DNA from: Nannocystales bacterium
Lineage (GTDB): Bacteria > Myxococcota_A > Polyangia > Nannocystales > Nannocystaceae
Length of the DNA stretch: 64,000 nt
Assembly: GCA_050633305.1 (NCBI GenBank)
Contig: JBOEGF010000036.1
Location: 64,001-128,000, forward strand
Reading direction: 5' to 3'
Made by a program: the position numbers and the translations under genes. This document shows positions 8,561-18,786 of this stretch, piece after piece. Each line of letters opens with the position of its first letter. Positions within the stretch are counted from its first letter, which is position 1. Below the pieces are notes generated by a model. The model was not told where the DNA came from, ran no database searches, and worked only from the letters and a program-made list of their open reading frames with translations.

Positions 8561-9603
8561 CGGACGAGTACAAGCGCGAGCTACACATCCCCCTGCCACA
8601 AACCGACACTGGGAAGGTGCAGATGGTCTGCCCGCGCGGCGACTGCGAGCCAGGTCGGTTCTTCCTCGGCGACGCTCCTAGCGAACGACCCGAAGCCGGC
8701 AACAGCACTCCGACACGCCGCGAACCAGGGACCGACGGCGTGACTTGCCCGTATTGCGGCAAGGACGATTCTGATGATGCGTTTCGCCACCCGGACGACG
8801 CTGCGTATCTCGAGAAGGCCATCGATCACGGTGTTGAAGAGGTTGCGCACGAGATGATTGGGGAACTGCTCGACAACCACTTCACCCAGCCTTTCAAGCG
8901 AATGGGACGGGCGTCTAGGCGCAGCGGGTTCAGTGTGACCGTGGAGTCCCGACCGTATCGTCAGCAGCCGAAGTCCCCACCCCGGCCGCCGGCTCGGGCG
9001 GACCTACCGCGCAACGTGACCTGTACCGCATGCGCGCGCGCGTACGGAGTCTTCGCTATCGCCCTCTTCTGTCCCGACTGCGGCTCTTCGAACGTCCTGG
9101 TCCACTTCGCCCGCGAGCGCCGGCTATGCGAGGATGAACTTGCCAGCGCTCGCGAGACGTCCGATCGTGAAAGAGCTCTGCGAAAGCTGGGTAACGCCCA
9201 CGAAGACGCTGTTTCAGCCACCGAGGCGTATCTCAAGTCTATCTATGCCCTCGTCATCGGCGTTCGAAGACCTGCCGATGGGGAGAAGAAGCTAACCAAG
9301 GTCGGGAACGCCTTCCAGAGCATCGAAAGAGGCAAGAAGCTCTTTGCGCCGCTTGGGGTCGATCTCTACGGGATGCTCATGGAGGGGGAACTCAAGTTTC
9401 TGGACGCTTCGATGGCGAAGAGGCACGTGGTCACGCACAACCTCGGAGTCGTCGACAAGAAGCACGTAGAACGAACCGGCCAGGGGAAGGCCGGGGAGCT
9501 GATCAGCCTCACAGAACGGGACGTTCGGCGTCACCTCGAACTGGTCGAGCGGGTCATCTCCGACCTTGAGCGGAGTGTTCCGGAGTTGCAGCCGTCGCCC
9601 TAA
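8557..9603 (+). CDS. Zn-ribbon protein with C-terminal HEPN-like domain
   Basis: CPRGDC, CPYC, CTAC and CPDC; RX4H motif RHVVTH; GTG start overlapping the upstream TGA. Confidence 0.7.
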   Translation: MTDEYKRELHIPLPQTDTGKVQMVCPRGDCEPGRFFLGDAPSERPEAGNSTPTRREPGTDGVTCPYCGKDDSDDAFRHPDDAAYLEKAIDHGVEEVAHEMIGELLDNHFTQPFKRMGRASRRSGFSVTVESRPYRQQPKSPPRPPARADLPRNVTCTACARAYGVFAIALFCPDCGSSNVLVHFARERRLCEDELASARETSDRERALRKLGNAHEDAVSATEAYLKSIYALVIGVRRPADGEKKLTKVGNAFQSIERGKKLFAPLGVDLYGMLMEGELKFLDASMAKRHVVTHNLGVVDKKHVERTGQGKAGELISLTERDVRRHLELVERVISDLERSVPELQPSP

Positions 9604-10054
9604 TCACCATGTGCCGAAGTCCCCGAGCCGAACTGTGCCACGACTGGTGTCTGGGCGAGTCATCTTCGCGCGGTCGAGCCGCCTTCCGAGGTTTGCAGGA
9701 GTGGTTGGTTCTGGCGGCGACGGTTCAGCCGGTGGACGAAGTCTTCGAGCGCGTACGCCACGCAGAGTAGGTGGATGGCTTACGAGGCTATGGCCTCCAA
9801 CGGTGGCTGATCTTGCAGGAAGCCATCCGCGAATCCATGCCGAACGGGCCCCTCGGGGCTGATGAGGTGATAGTAGACCCGGTTGCGGAACGACTGACCG
9901 GAGCTTTTTCGGCTCACATGAGGCTATCGTACGTGAGGTCCCTGGTGCCAGTGCCACACCCTTGAGGCCACGAAGCGTCTTCTGCTGGGCCTCGGCTTCC
10001 GCGCTTCTCGAGACCAGTGCATACTTCGAGGAGCGGACCCGCTGAAAACCATCC

Positions 10055-13000
10055 ATGGAGATCCCTGACATCGATTTCACGCGAATAAGGTCACTCGGCC
10101 CCGGCGGGCAGCGCGATGGGTACGAGCAGTTTATCTGCGAACAGGTCGCTCAAGAGCAGCCCGCGCCGGACGCCAAGTTTGTGTCTCTCCACGGAGCGGG
10201 CGGTGACGGCGGGGTCGAGTGTTACTGGACTCTCGCGGACGGCACCGAGTACGGCTGGCAGGCCAAGTATTGGACGGACCACAGCGCCGTCGACAAAGGG
10301 CAGCTCGATAAGTCCGTCAAGGCTGCTCTCGAGCAGCACCCGAAGCTGGCGCAGTACACGATCTCCATCCCCGCCGACCCGACTGGTCGCACCGGGCGGA
10401 AGGCCAAGTCTCTCCTCGCGAAGATCCAGGATCCGAAGGGATGGCTCGACGGCTGGAAGGCCATGGCTGCGCTACGCGGTATGTCTGTCGTTTTCGAGGT
10501 CGAATGGAGAACGAACATCGTCACGCGGCTGACCCGTCTCGACGTCTCCGGAACCCAGCGGCGCTACTGGTTCGACGTCGATGTGCTCGCCGAGCGGTGG
10601 TGGGACGACCGGAAGCAAGACGCGGTCTCAGCCGCTAGGCCCCGGTACATGCCGGAGCTCAATATCGAGGTGCCCGCCGCACGGGCCATAGCCGCGCTCT
10701 GCTCGGACGACGAGTGGTGGATGGTCGTTCTCAGTCAGATTGAGACGGTCAAAGAGGCCGCCAGTTCGCTCCGCTACGCCGATGAGACGGTGCTGGCCGC
10801 GGATCTGGCCGCAGCGGGTGACGCAGTTGCAAGAGTTGTGGACGCACTTTCCGCGTGGCACGCATCCCGCGGCACGACAGCGATTGACGATCTCGCCCAA
10901 GTGCTCGAAGAGTCCTTAAACAGCGTCAGCGACCAGGAGGCCCTCGAGGTTGCGGCGATGGACGCGAAGTACGCCGACGCTACCTGGGATACTCCTGGCT
11001 GGCGGCAGTTTCAGGCCGAGTACATGGTCTGTTTTCCGGCGGCAGCCGTCGATGGGTTACGGGAACTCGGTAAGAAACTCACGGAGACCTCCGAGGTTCT
11101 ACTGAGCCCGACTGGAAGGCTCGCAGGAGCCCAGGTCGCACTCATCACCGGTCCGGCCGGAATCGGCAAGACGTACCTCGCCCTGGACTCAGTCGTCCGC
11201 CGACTAGGCCAGGGGCGCCCAAGCGTCATGATGCACGGTCGATGGTTCAGCGACCACGAGCCGCTAGCCCATCTCCGCGGTGTACTCAGCATGCCGCCGG
11301 ACCTGAGCAGCGAAGATGCGATCGCGCTCCTGGATCAGCATGCCCGTGTTGTGGGCGCCACAACCCTCTTGGTCGTCGACGCGCTCAACGACACCCGCCC
11401 ACGGTCGCTCTGGCGGGACAACCTCGAACGGATCATCGCCACGATCGGCAGGTATCCGCACGTCCGGCTTCTGCTGACGGCGCGCACCCACTATCTCGCC
11501 CACGTTCTCCCGCCCGGATTGACGGTCGCGCAGTTTGAACACACCGGCTTTGAAGGAGTCGAGTTCGAAGCTGTTAGCGAGTACGCCGCTTTTTACGGCC
11601 TCGAGCCCCCGACGTCCCCGCCGATTCACGGCGAGTTTAACAACCCGCTGTATCTGCGTCTTGTATGCGAGGCTCTTCAGGCTACCGGCCGCTCGTCTCT
11701 TGAGCAGGCCAATATGGGCCTCGACGAGCTGACGAAGATGGTCCTCGACGACGCCAACGCTCGTATCAGCGACCGTATCGATGCGTCCCCGTCGGACCGG
11801 GTCGTTCAGCGTTCCATGCATGCCCTGGCCACCGCGCTTGCGGACGGCGGAGGCGGTCCGCTCAATCGAGCAGATGCACAGTTCGTGCTCACCCCGATCT
11901 GGTCGGATCGGAGCGCGGAAAAGTCGCTGCTCGACGCGCTCATCGCCCAGGGCCTCGTCGAGGAAGACGTCATTTCGGACGGTAGCACCTACGGCGCCGA
12001 CGTTGTCGCCATTACCTTCGAGCGCATTGGACACCACCTCATCGTGTCCGATGCCCTCTCCGGTGTAACCGATGCGGACGGCGTCCGTGCGGAACTCGGC
12101 TCACGCCTTGGGCGGCTCATCGGTCTCGGTGGGATAGTCGATATCGGCGTCCTCGAGGCGACCTCCGTCGTCGTCGCCGAACGCCTCGGACTTGAGCTAA
12201 CCGAGTTCGGGGCTGAAATCGGGGACGATGACGCTCTTGCCACGGCAGTCATCGCAGGCATTGGATGGCGTACGGCGGACTCCATCAGCGACGAGACCCG
12301 TCTCATCGTGACGAACGCGCTGCGACGCGAAACCACCCGCAAGGGCGCGCTCACGATGCTGTTTCGGCTCGCCTCACGAGCTGGGCATGGTCTGAACGGC
12401 GAGTTCCTCCACGGGCTCCTCGGCCGAATGAGTCTGGGTGAGCGTGACGAGTTTCTTCCCGCTTGGCTCCACAGGACCCACGGCACTAGCGGAGGGGTCG
12501 ATCGGCTCATCCGCTGGGCGCGGGAGAAACCATTGGATCTGGTCGGTGCGGACACAACTCGGCTGTGGGTGACCGCGCTGCTATGGATGGCCGGGGCCAG
12601 CGACCGACGCGTCCGCGAGCCCGCGACCATCGCCGCCGCCCGCCTCCTCGCTCGTCACCCGGACCAGGCGGCAGGGCTGTTGGAGCGGTTCACCGTGGTG
12701 AACGACGAGTGGGTCGTTGAACGCTCCCTTGAGGTGGCCTACTCGGCGCTCTTGAGGAGCGGCAGCACCAACGACTGGGCAGCCGCCGCAGGCGTGGTCT
12801 GGAACCGCATCTTTTCCGTGCCCATGGACGTGACTCCGAATGCTGCGGTTCGTGACGCCGCCCGCAGCATCCTCGAAGCAGCGAATGAACGTGGGGCGCT
12901 CCCCGCTACCGTGACCGTTGCGCAGTTTCGGCCGCCGTACACCAGCGACTGGCCTCCTACTTGGCCCACTGAAGCCGACATTGGGAGCTATGACAACGTC

Positions 13001-14224
13001 GGCTACCCGAAGCTTGTGTACTCGACCACCAGCGATGACTTCTTCACCTACAAGGTTAGTTCCGAACTCAAGGACCGTCCCGGTATCGACGTGGACGCAG
13101 CAGCCAGATGGGTCGTGCAGGAAGTCATCCGCCTTGGGTACCGGAGTGACAGGCATGCCGAGTTCGACGGCTATGTGATGAGGACCTACGGCGGCGGCCG
13201 TTCCAAGCCTGCTTGGGTTGAACGGATCGGCAAGAAATACCAGTGGATTGCGCTCAACCGGCTCATCGGCATGGTCTCCGACCACGTACCGAAGACCCCT
13301 AGTTCGTGGGACCCCCCGGCCCCGCCTGTCCCCGGCCCTGTCTCCGGCAGGTGCCGGCAGGTCGACCCGACAGTCCTCGAGTTCCCGCCTACTGACGCCG
13401 CGGAAAGGTCGTGGGTGCCTGGCTACGATTGGGCACCCGCAAGCGGCAATACCGACGCCGAATGGATCGTTGACGACACTGACCTGCCCACCATCGCCGT
13501 AACCGACGCCGTCTTCGACGGCCGTCAGTTCGTCGTCCTTTCCGGCACCTACGACTGGACCAATGTCACCGACACGGGCAAGCCCGCCCGCCGCATATGG
13601 ATCCATCTCGTTCCCCACCTCGTCGCTACCCCGGATCTACCCGCCGCTCTTGGCGAGGTCGAGGGTCGCGACCTCCTCGGCCACGAGCTGTCCCGTTGCC
13701 CCCTGATGCCCGACGGGTACGTCGGCGAGTATCCGTACGGCCATCACCATGGTGAGAGCATTCACGTAAAGCAACACGAGTGGCGAGAACCGCTTGGGGT
13801 CCCGACGAGCCCGGCTGCGTGGGACATCCTCGGCGAATACGAGTATGCCCCCGGCAATCAGCACAGAATTTCCCTCGATGCTCCCGCCCCTGAGTTCTTC
13901 GGTCCGGTACCCGGCGACCTCCGCTGGAACGGGCGCAATGGCTGGAGCGACAAGAACGACCAGATCATCGCCGTTGTTCGCCACACGAACAACACGGGCC
14001 AGAACGAGCTCCTCATCGACGCCATCTGGCTCGAGCAGTGGCTTGTTGGCGAAAAGAAGTCCCTCATCTGGGTGGAGAGCACGGCCAAGGAAGCCTTCCG
14101 GGGGCTCGGTGGTAAGACCCACCCCGGACGCCTCACTCGCTCCCAAGTGCACTCGTGGGCACCCGGCAGGGACGCACAGACCTCAGCACCATTCTGGGAT
14201 CGTCTTCCAGCACGCGGAGAGTAG
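10055..14224 (+). CDS. Avs2-like antiviral STAND NTPase with N-terminal Mrr/PD-(D/E)xK-like nuclease
   Basis: N-terminal GDGGVE...GWQAKY; Walker A GPAGIGKT; Walker B LLVVDALND; NPLYL; C-terminal ERIGKKYQWIAL; 1389 aa. Confidence 0.8.
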   Translation: MEIPDIDFTRIRSLGPGGQRDGYEQFICEQVAQEQPAPDAKFVSLHGAGGDGGVECYWTLADGTEYGWQAKYWTDHSAVDKGQLDKSVKAALEQHPKLAQYTISIPADPTGRTGRKAKSLLAKIQDPKGWLDGWKAMAALRGMSVVFEVEWRTNIVTRLTRLDVSGTQRRYWFDVDVLAERWWDDRKQDAVSAARPRYMPELNIEVPAARAIAALCSDDEWWMVVLSQIETVKEAASSLRYADETVLAADLAAAGDAVARVVDALSAWHASRGTTAIDDLAQVLEESLNSVSDQEALEVAAMDAKYADATWDTPGWRQFQAEYMVCFPAAAVDGLRELGKKLTETSEVLLSPTGRLAGAQVALITGPAGIGKTYLALDSVVRRLGQGRPSVMMHGRWFSDHEPLAHLRGVLSMPPDLSSEDAIALLDQHARVVGATTLLVVDALNDTRPRSLWRDNLERIIATIGRYPHVRLLLTARTHYLAHVLPPGLTVAQFEHTGFEGVEFEAVSEYAAFYGLEPPTSPPIHGEFNNPLYLRLVCEALQATGRSSLEQANMGLDELTKMVLDDANARISDRIDASPSDRVVQRSMHALATALADGGGGPLNRADAQFVLTPIWSDRSAEKSLLDALIAQGLVEEDVISDGSTYGADVVAITFERIGHHLIVSDALSGVTDADGVRAELGSRLGRLIGLGGIVDIGVLEATSVVVAERLGLELTEFGAEIGDDDALATAVIAGIGWRTADSISDETRLIVTNALRRETTRKGALTMLFRLASRAGHGLNGEFLHGLLGRMSLGERDEFLPAWLHRTHGTSGGVDRLIRWAREKPLDLVGADTTRLWVTALLWMAGASDRRVREPATIAAARLLARHPDQAAGLLERFTVVNDEWVVERSLEVAYSALLRSGSTNDWAAAAGVVWNRIFSVPMDVTPNAAVRDAARSILEAANERGALPATVTVAQFRPPYTSDWPPTWPTEADIGSYDNVGYPKLVYSTTSDDFFTYKVSSELKDRPGIDVDAAARWVVQEVIRLGYRSDRHAEFDGYVMRTYGGGRSKPAWVERIGKKYQWIALNRLIGMVSDHVPKTPSSWDPPAPPVPGPVSGRCRQVDPTVLEFPPTDAAERSWVPGYDWAPASGNTDAEWIVDDTDLPTIAVTDAVFDGRQFVVLSGTYDWTNVTDTGKPARRIWIHLVPHLVATPDLPAALGEVEGRDLLGHELSRCPLMPDGYVGEYPYGHHHGESIHVKQHEWREPLGVPTSPAAWDILGEYEYAPGNQHRISLDAPAPEFFGPVPGDLRWNGRNGWSDKNDQIIAVVRHTNNTGQNELLIDAIWLEQWLVGEKKSLIWVESTAKEAFRGLGGKTHPGRLTRSQVHSWAPGRDAQTSAPFWDRLPARGE

Positions 14225-14409
14225 TCCGGCCGTGAACACGGCGGTGTTCGGCACCCTGAGCAGGGTGCAACCGTCCCGCGCGACCGTCTACCGAGCACCG
14301 TGGCTGTCAACGCCATGCCGAAGGCCGAGACGAGCTTCGGCGCGAGATTGCCAACGGGTTGGAGCGCGTCCTGCGGTTGCGAAGGGCAGGGCAGCAGAGC
14401 CGGCGGTCC

Positions 14410-17400
14410 TCAAACCTCCGCGGCGCCGGAGGCCACGCGCTCGATCACGTGATCGAGGTTTATCGCCCGCACAGAGCCTCCGGCAAAGTCCGCGGGCGCC
14501 TTTCCTTGTGGCAACTCGTCGAGGTCGAGATAGTCCTCCGGACGTGCGGTGAGGACGACGATCTGGATCTTGTCCGCGGACCTGCGCAGCATCTTGTGGA
14601 ACCACGCCGCGCGGCTGCGGTGGGTTTGGGCCAAGTGGTCGTCGAGGATGAGCATGGAGCCCAGTTGCTCGGCGATACACAGCCGGAGGATGGTGGCGAG
14701 TTGATCCTGGGTCCCGGCGGAGAGGTCGCCAAAAGAACGGGCGACGCCGGCAACCTGCACCGCGTCGGTCGCCAAATGGGCGTTGAGGCGGATTGAGTCG
14801 TATCGGTCCTGGGTCAGGCTCTTGAAGCGCTCGCCGACTTGGCTGCCCAGGGCCTGTCCGATATGGGCGCCATCCTCGTTTTCCACATCGCGCAGGGTCT
14901 TGGCCAGCAAGCGATAGGCTTCGTAGTCCAACTCGATCTCGTGTTCTCGGATCCGCGCCTGGTCTCGAGCCTCTCGGTGGGAGGTGAGCGTGTCCCGCGT
15001 AACTTCGCCGCCCACTTGCTCGAACGCGCCCTCTGCGGTGCGCACGTCGCCGCGGAGTCGGTCGGCCAGTCCATCAGCCTCGACGTGGCTGGCGGTGGTG
15101 GCTTCGAGCTCGGCATCGGTGGCCGGGCTCTCGGGGCGTGGGAGTTTGGCGAGGGCTTCGGCCAGCTCGCAGGCGGCGTGTCTGGCGGCATCGAGCCCCA
15201 TCGCCTCGACGTGCCCGGTTTCCACGTCGAGGCGCGACCGCGCAGCCACGAGGGCTTCGCCAGCGTTCTTTGTGAGGGTCGCAGCGAGGATGCCTGCGTC
15301 GCGTTCCTGCGCCAGCGCGGTCGTGGCCTGCTCGACGGCCTTGTGCGCAGCGGCGACTTCCGCGAGGCCGGCTTCGGCCAGGGAATCGCGTTCTTGGCGG
15401 GCTTCGGCTCGGTCCGTGTTGGCGTGCTGGAGTTGAGCCTCGATCCGAGAAGCGGCCTCGCGGGGCTCGGCGTCGAGACCCTCGGTGCTAGCTTGTAGGG
15501 CGGTCGCGGCGGCAGCCTCAGTTCGTTCGGCGGCCTCCAGGCTGGCAGCCAGTTGGGCTTCCTTCTCTCGGCTGGACGCCAACGCCTTCTGGGCTTGCCG
15601 CAGTGTGGTGTCGGCCGCTGCGGTGTCTGCCTCGATAGTATCCTCCCAGCCGCCCGGTTTCGAAGCGGCTTCCAGTTCGAGTTTGGGGAGCGTCTCGCCC
15701 CCCATGCTGGCTTCCCGCTCGGCGACCTTGGCTGACAGCCGCTCCACCGCGCTGGCTGTTTCGGCGTGAGCGGCAGCGTCGTTGAGGGAGCTCGCGGCCT
15801 CTGCTTCGTGTTGTCGCAGCTGTTGTGCCCGGGCTTGGGACTGGCGCACCACCTCGCCGAGGGCGACGAGATCGGGAGCGCCGGTGCTCGTTAGAGTGGG
15901 GACTCCCTCGTGCTCCCAGCGGGTTTGTAGGGCGGCGGCGAGTTTGTGGTCGTCAGGGCTTCCGGCGCTCACCGTCAACTCGGCGACGTTCTCGAGGATC
16001 AGGGCGATGGTGCGGGACGCGTCGATGGGGGCGCTTGCGTCGGCTACCGCTTGCTGAGGGCCCCCGTCGATCGCGACGTGCAGCGTCAAGTCGGTCATTG
16101 GCCTGACTGCGACAGTGAGGCCCACGCCGACCTTGGCCAGAGCCACGTCTAGTTCATTTCGGAGAGCCGTGAGCGCCTGGACCTCGTCGGCAGTCGGGCA
16201 GGCAGTGGCCTTGATCTGGTCTCGAAGGTTCTTGGCTTCGGCCTGAGATTGCCTAGCCCTGACGAGGAGGGCGGCACGCTTCTCTGCCGCGGAGCGCGCG
16301 TCCCCAAGGGATTTGTGTGCCTCTCTTAGCCGGGCCAGCTGGCAGAGCCCTCGGTGGGTCTCCAGATTCTCGTTGGCCTCTCGCTCCCGGGCTACCAGGG
16401 CATGCCGTTCGGCTTGAGCGGTGGCGACTGAGTCGTGGAGCACTGAGGTGCGCTCACGGGCTTTACTCAGTTCCGTTTCGCACACTCGGGCAGCCTGCGC
16501 CGACTTGAGGGCGCTGTTGAGCTTCTCGATCCGGTGCTCGCACTGGGCGAGCTTGCTCTCGACTTTAGCCTTGTTGAGTGCGTGCTGCTGGTGCGAGCTC
16601 TGGCTCTTGGCGCGCTGTAGGGCGCTCGTGGCTTCTTGCAAGGTGGTCTCGGCCGCGGATATCGAAGCTGCGCAAGCCTGGTCGTTGGCCTGGGCGGCCT
16701 GTGAGGCGCGGTCGAGTTCGGCGATCGCCGCGGCGTCGGTTGCCAGTCCCGCCACGGCCTGCTCAATCTCCGAGACCTTAGCTGCTGCGACGGCCAGCCT
16801 GTCCTCGGCGTCCAGCATGGCCTTGGTCTGATCAAGGCGCGCCCGAACGACGGTGACCAGAGCTGCGGCTTCTTTGCTGGTGGCGCGGGCGAGCGTGAGC
16901 TCTGACGTGAGCGCCTCCAAACGCTCACGGGCGCGTTCGGTCTCTTCCTCCTGAAGTTCGAGAATCGCGATCTGGTGCGCCAGCCCGTTGATCTTCTCTG
17001 TGATCTGCACAAACGGGGAGTTTTTGCCCTTCTTCTTACTTCCCCCGGGCGTGTAGGCTTCGTTCACCCTCCCCTGCGCTTCAGTAAGCACCTGCTTGAA
17101 CAGAGGGTCTTGCGCAAGCGCCTCAAGTGCCAGTCCCAGCTGCGCTCGAGCGGTGTCGTCCGCGTCCTTCAACAGGCTCAGACCGAGCAGTTGGGCAGCG
17201 CCTACCTGCTCGCCGAGCAGGGCATGACTCAAGAAACTCTCGGGCAAACCGCGAGCACCACCCTTGCCCCCGGGAGGCTTGATCCCCCAGCGAAGCAGGG
17301 TCCGAAGTTGACCATCGACCTTGCGAGCGGTGGCCTCCGACGAGTAGGCGGTGTCATCCTTCGAAAAGCGAAGCTCGGACGCGCCGGGATCCCCGTAGTT

Positions 17401-17655
17401 GCGAGTGACTCGCCAGAACTTGTTGGTGTCTGTGGCGAAGGTGAGCTTGACGGTAGGCTCGCCACCGGCCCACGAGCGAAGCGACGACCGGGCCGAAGAG
17501 CTGTGAGGGAGTAGTAGTCCGGCCCGGACCGCATGGGCCAGCGTGGACTTTCCGATATCGTTCTCGCCAAAGAGAATATTCAGCCCCGGACAGAACTCCA
17601 GCTCCGCGTGCTGCACACACTTGAAGTCGTCGACTGTCAGCCGTAGGAGTCTCAT
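14410..17655 (-). CDS. SbcC/Rad50-like (YhaN-type) coiled-coil ABC ATPase
   Basis: Walker A GENDIGKS; long coiled coil; signature LSAGTQDQL; Walker B LILDD. Confidence 0.88.
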   Translation of the reverse strand: MRLLRLTVDDFKCVQHAELEFCPGLNILFGENDIGKSTLAHAVRAGLLLPHSSSARSSLRSWAGGEPTVKLTFATDTNKFWRVTRNYGDPGASELRFSKDDTAYSSEATARKVDGQLRTLLRWGIKPPGGKGGARGLPESFLSHALLGEQVGAAQLLGLSLLKDADDTARAQLGLALEALAQDPLFKQVLTEAQGRVNEAYTPGGSKKKGKNSPFVQITEKINGLAHQIAILELQEEETERARERLEALTSELTLARATSKEAAALVTVVRARLDQTKAMLDAEDRLAVAAAKVSEIEQAVAGLATDAAAIAELDRASQAAQANDQACAASISAAETTLQEATSALQRAKSQSSHQQHALNKAKVESKLAQCEHRIEKLNSALKSAQAARVCETELSKARERTSVLHDSVATAQAERHALVAREREANENLETHRGLCQLARLREAHKSLGDARSAAEKRAALLVRARQSQAEAKNLRDQIKATACPTADEVQALTALRNELDVALAKVGVGLTVAVRPMTDLTLHVAIDGGPQQAVADASAPIDASRTIALILENVAELTVSAGSPDDHKLAAALQTRWEHEGVPTLTSTGAPDLVALGEVVRQSQARAQQLRQHEAEAASSLNDAAAHAETASAVERLSAKVAEREASMGGETLPKLELEAASKPGGWEDTIEADTAAADTTLRQAQKALASSREKEAQLAASLEAAERTEAAAATALQASTEGLDAEPREAASRIEAQLQHANTDRAEARQERDSLAEAGLAEVAAAHKAVEQATTALAQERDAGILAATLTKNAGEALVAARSRLDVETGHVEAMGLDAARHAACELAEALAKLPRPESPATDAELEATTASHVEADGLADRLRGDVRTAEGAFEQVGGEVTRDTLTSHREARDQARIREHEIELDYEAYRLLAKTLRDVENEDGAHIGQALGSQVGERFKSLTQDRYDSIRLNAHLATDAVQVAGVARSFGDLSAGTQDQLATILRLCIAEQLGSMLILDDHLAQTHRSRAAWFHKMLRRSADKIQIVVLTARPEDYLDLDELPQGKAPADFAGGSVRAINLDHVIERVASGAAEV

Positions 17656-18782
17656 CGAGCACCGTCCCGACTAAGGCGATACAGGTGGTACAGGGCGCGT
17701 CTCGCCGCTGGTGCTGCCTCGCCGGTCGTATTGCGCAGGCGCTCCGCGGCCCGCCGCAGCACGTCCGGTGCATTCTCGAATGCGGTCTCCACATTTGTGA
17801 TGTCGAGGTCCAGGCTGCTTCGGTCGAGCTGCAGGATCCCGACCTTGCCGTGTTTGGCGTTCGTTCCCTGGAGGTCGCTGAGGATCTCCTCAGCACGGCC
17901 GTACTCATCGGTCGGCAAGCTCATCTCGACGCTCAGGCGCACCACATGGTCGGTGAGATCCTCAAGCCGGAGTTGCTCCAATTCGGGCAGAGATCTGCAG
18001 GTCCGGTCCTGCCAGGTCCATCGGGCCACCCGCTCCTTGTGGACCCTCGGCTTACGGCCCAGCCGTTTTACGAACACGACCGCCGCATAGCCTGCCTCGG
18101 TTTCCCCAAAGCTGGTGGGCTCCGGCGCACTCGGGTAGATGGTGGGCACGCTTGCGTCGGGGGGGACGTGGCGGAAGGCGTGGGTATCACCAATGGCCAG
18201 ATAGTCCAGCCCCCGGTCCGCGGCCGCCGTCCGCGAAATGGGGAAGTTCATCTGGTACCCCGGCATGTCAAACGTGGAGCCGTGCACCAACCCGATGCGG
18301 ATGCGGGTGTCGCCGCTCTGGCGCTGGGGCAGGCCCATGGCCAGATCGCTCTGGCCGGACTGGCTGCGACAAGGGGAGGCGTACAGCACGGCCTCCTCTG
18401 AGAGTTCGACCTCCTGGTTGTCGTCCTCAATGACGTGCACCCACGGAGGCAGGGCCTTCCGAAAACCATGCTCCTGGCTGTACACGGAGGTGGCTGTGAG
18501 TGGGTCGTGGTTGCCCGGCAGCAGAAACACGGGCCGGTCCGTCCAGGCGAGCCGGTTGAACTTGTCAGCCAGTGCTTGCCACCAGTTCTTGGAGGGGTTG
18601 GGCGAGTCGAACAGGTCGCCGGCACACAGCACGGCGTGCACACGATTGCGCTCGGCCAGCCCGAACACGCGGTCAAGCACGTCCAGTCGCGCGCGGGTGA
18701 GTTGGTCCCGGTCGGCTTGTTCAAAGGCCGGGAAGTCCTTGCCGAGGTGCCAGTCGGCTGTGTGTACGAACTTCAGTGCCAC
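17652..18782 (-). CDS. SbcD/Mre11-like metallophosphoesterase nuclease
   Basis: HTADWHLG, AGDLFD, PGNHD, HGS, GDTH; GTG at 18782 after GAGGTGG; ATGA overlap with the SbcC-like gene. Confidence 0.92.
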   Translation of the reverse strand: MALKFVHTADWHLGKDFPAFEQADRDQLTRARLDVLDRVFGLAERNRVHAVLCAGDLFDSPNPSKNWWQALADKFNRLAWTDRPVFLLPGNHDPLTATSVYSQEHGFRKALPPWVHVIEDDNQEVELSEEAVLYASPCRSQSGQSDLAMGLPQRQSGDTRIRIGLVHGSTFDMPGYQMNFPISRTAAADRGLDYLAIGDTHAFRHVPPDASVPTIYPSAPEPTSFGETEAGYAAVVFVKRLGRKPRVHKERVARWTWQDRTCRSLPELEQLRLEDLTDHVVRLSVEMSLPTDEYGRAEEILSDLQGTNAKHGKVGILQLDRSSLDLDITNVETAFENAPDVLRRAAERLRNTTGEAAPAARRALYHLYRLSRDGAR

Positions 18783-18786
18783 GTCT

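Noticed and set aside
9771..9965. 64-aa ORF upstream of the Avs gene
   Set aside because: No motif; cannot be distinguished from a chance ORF or a fragment.
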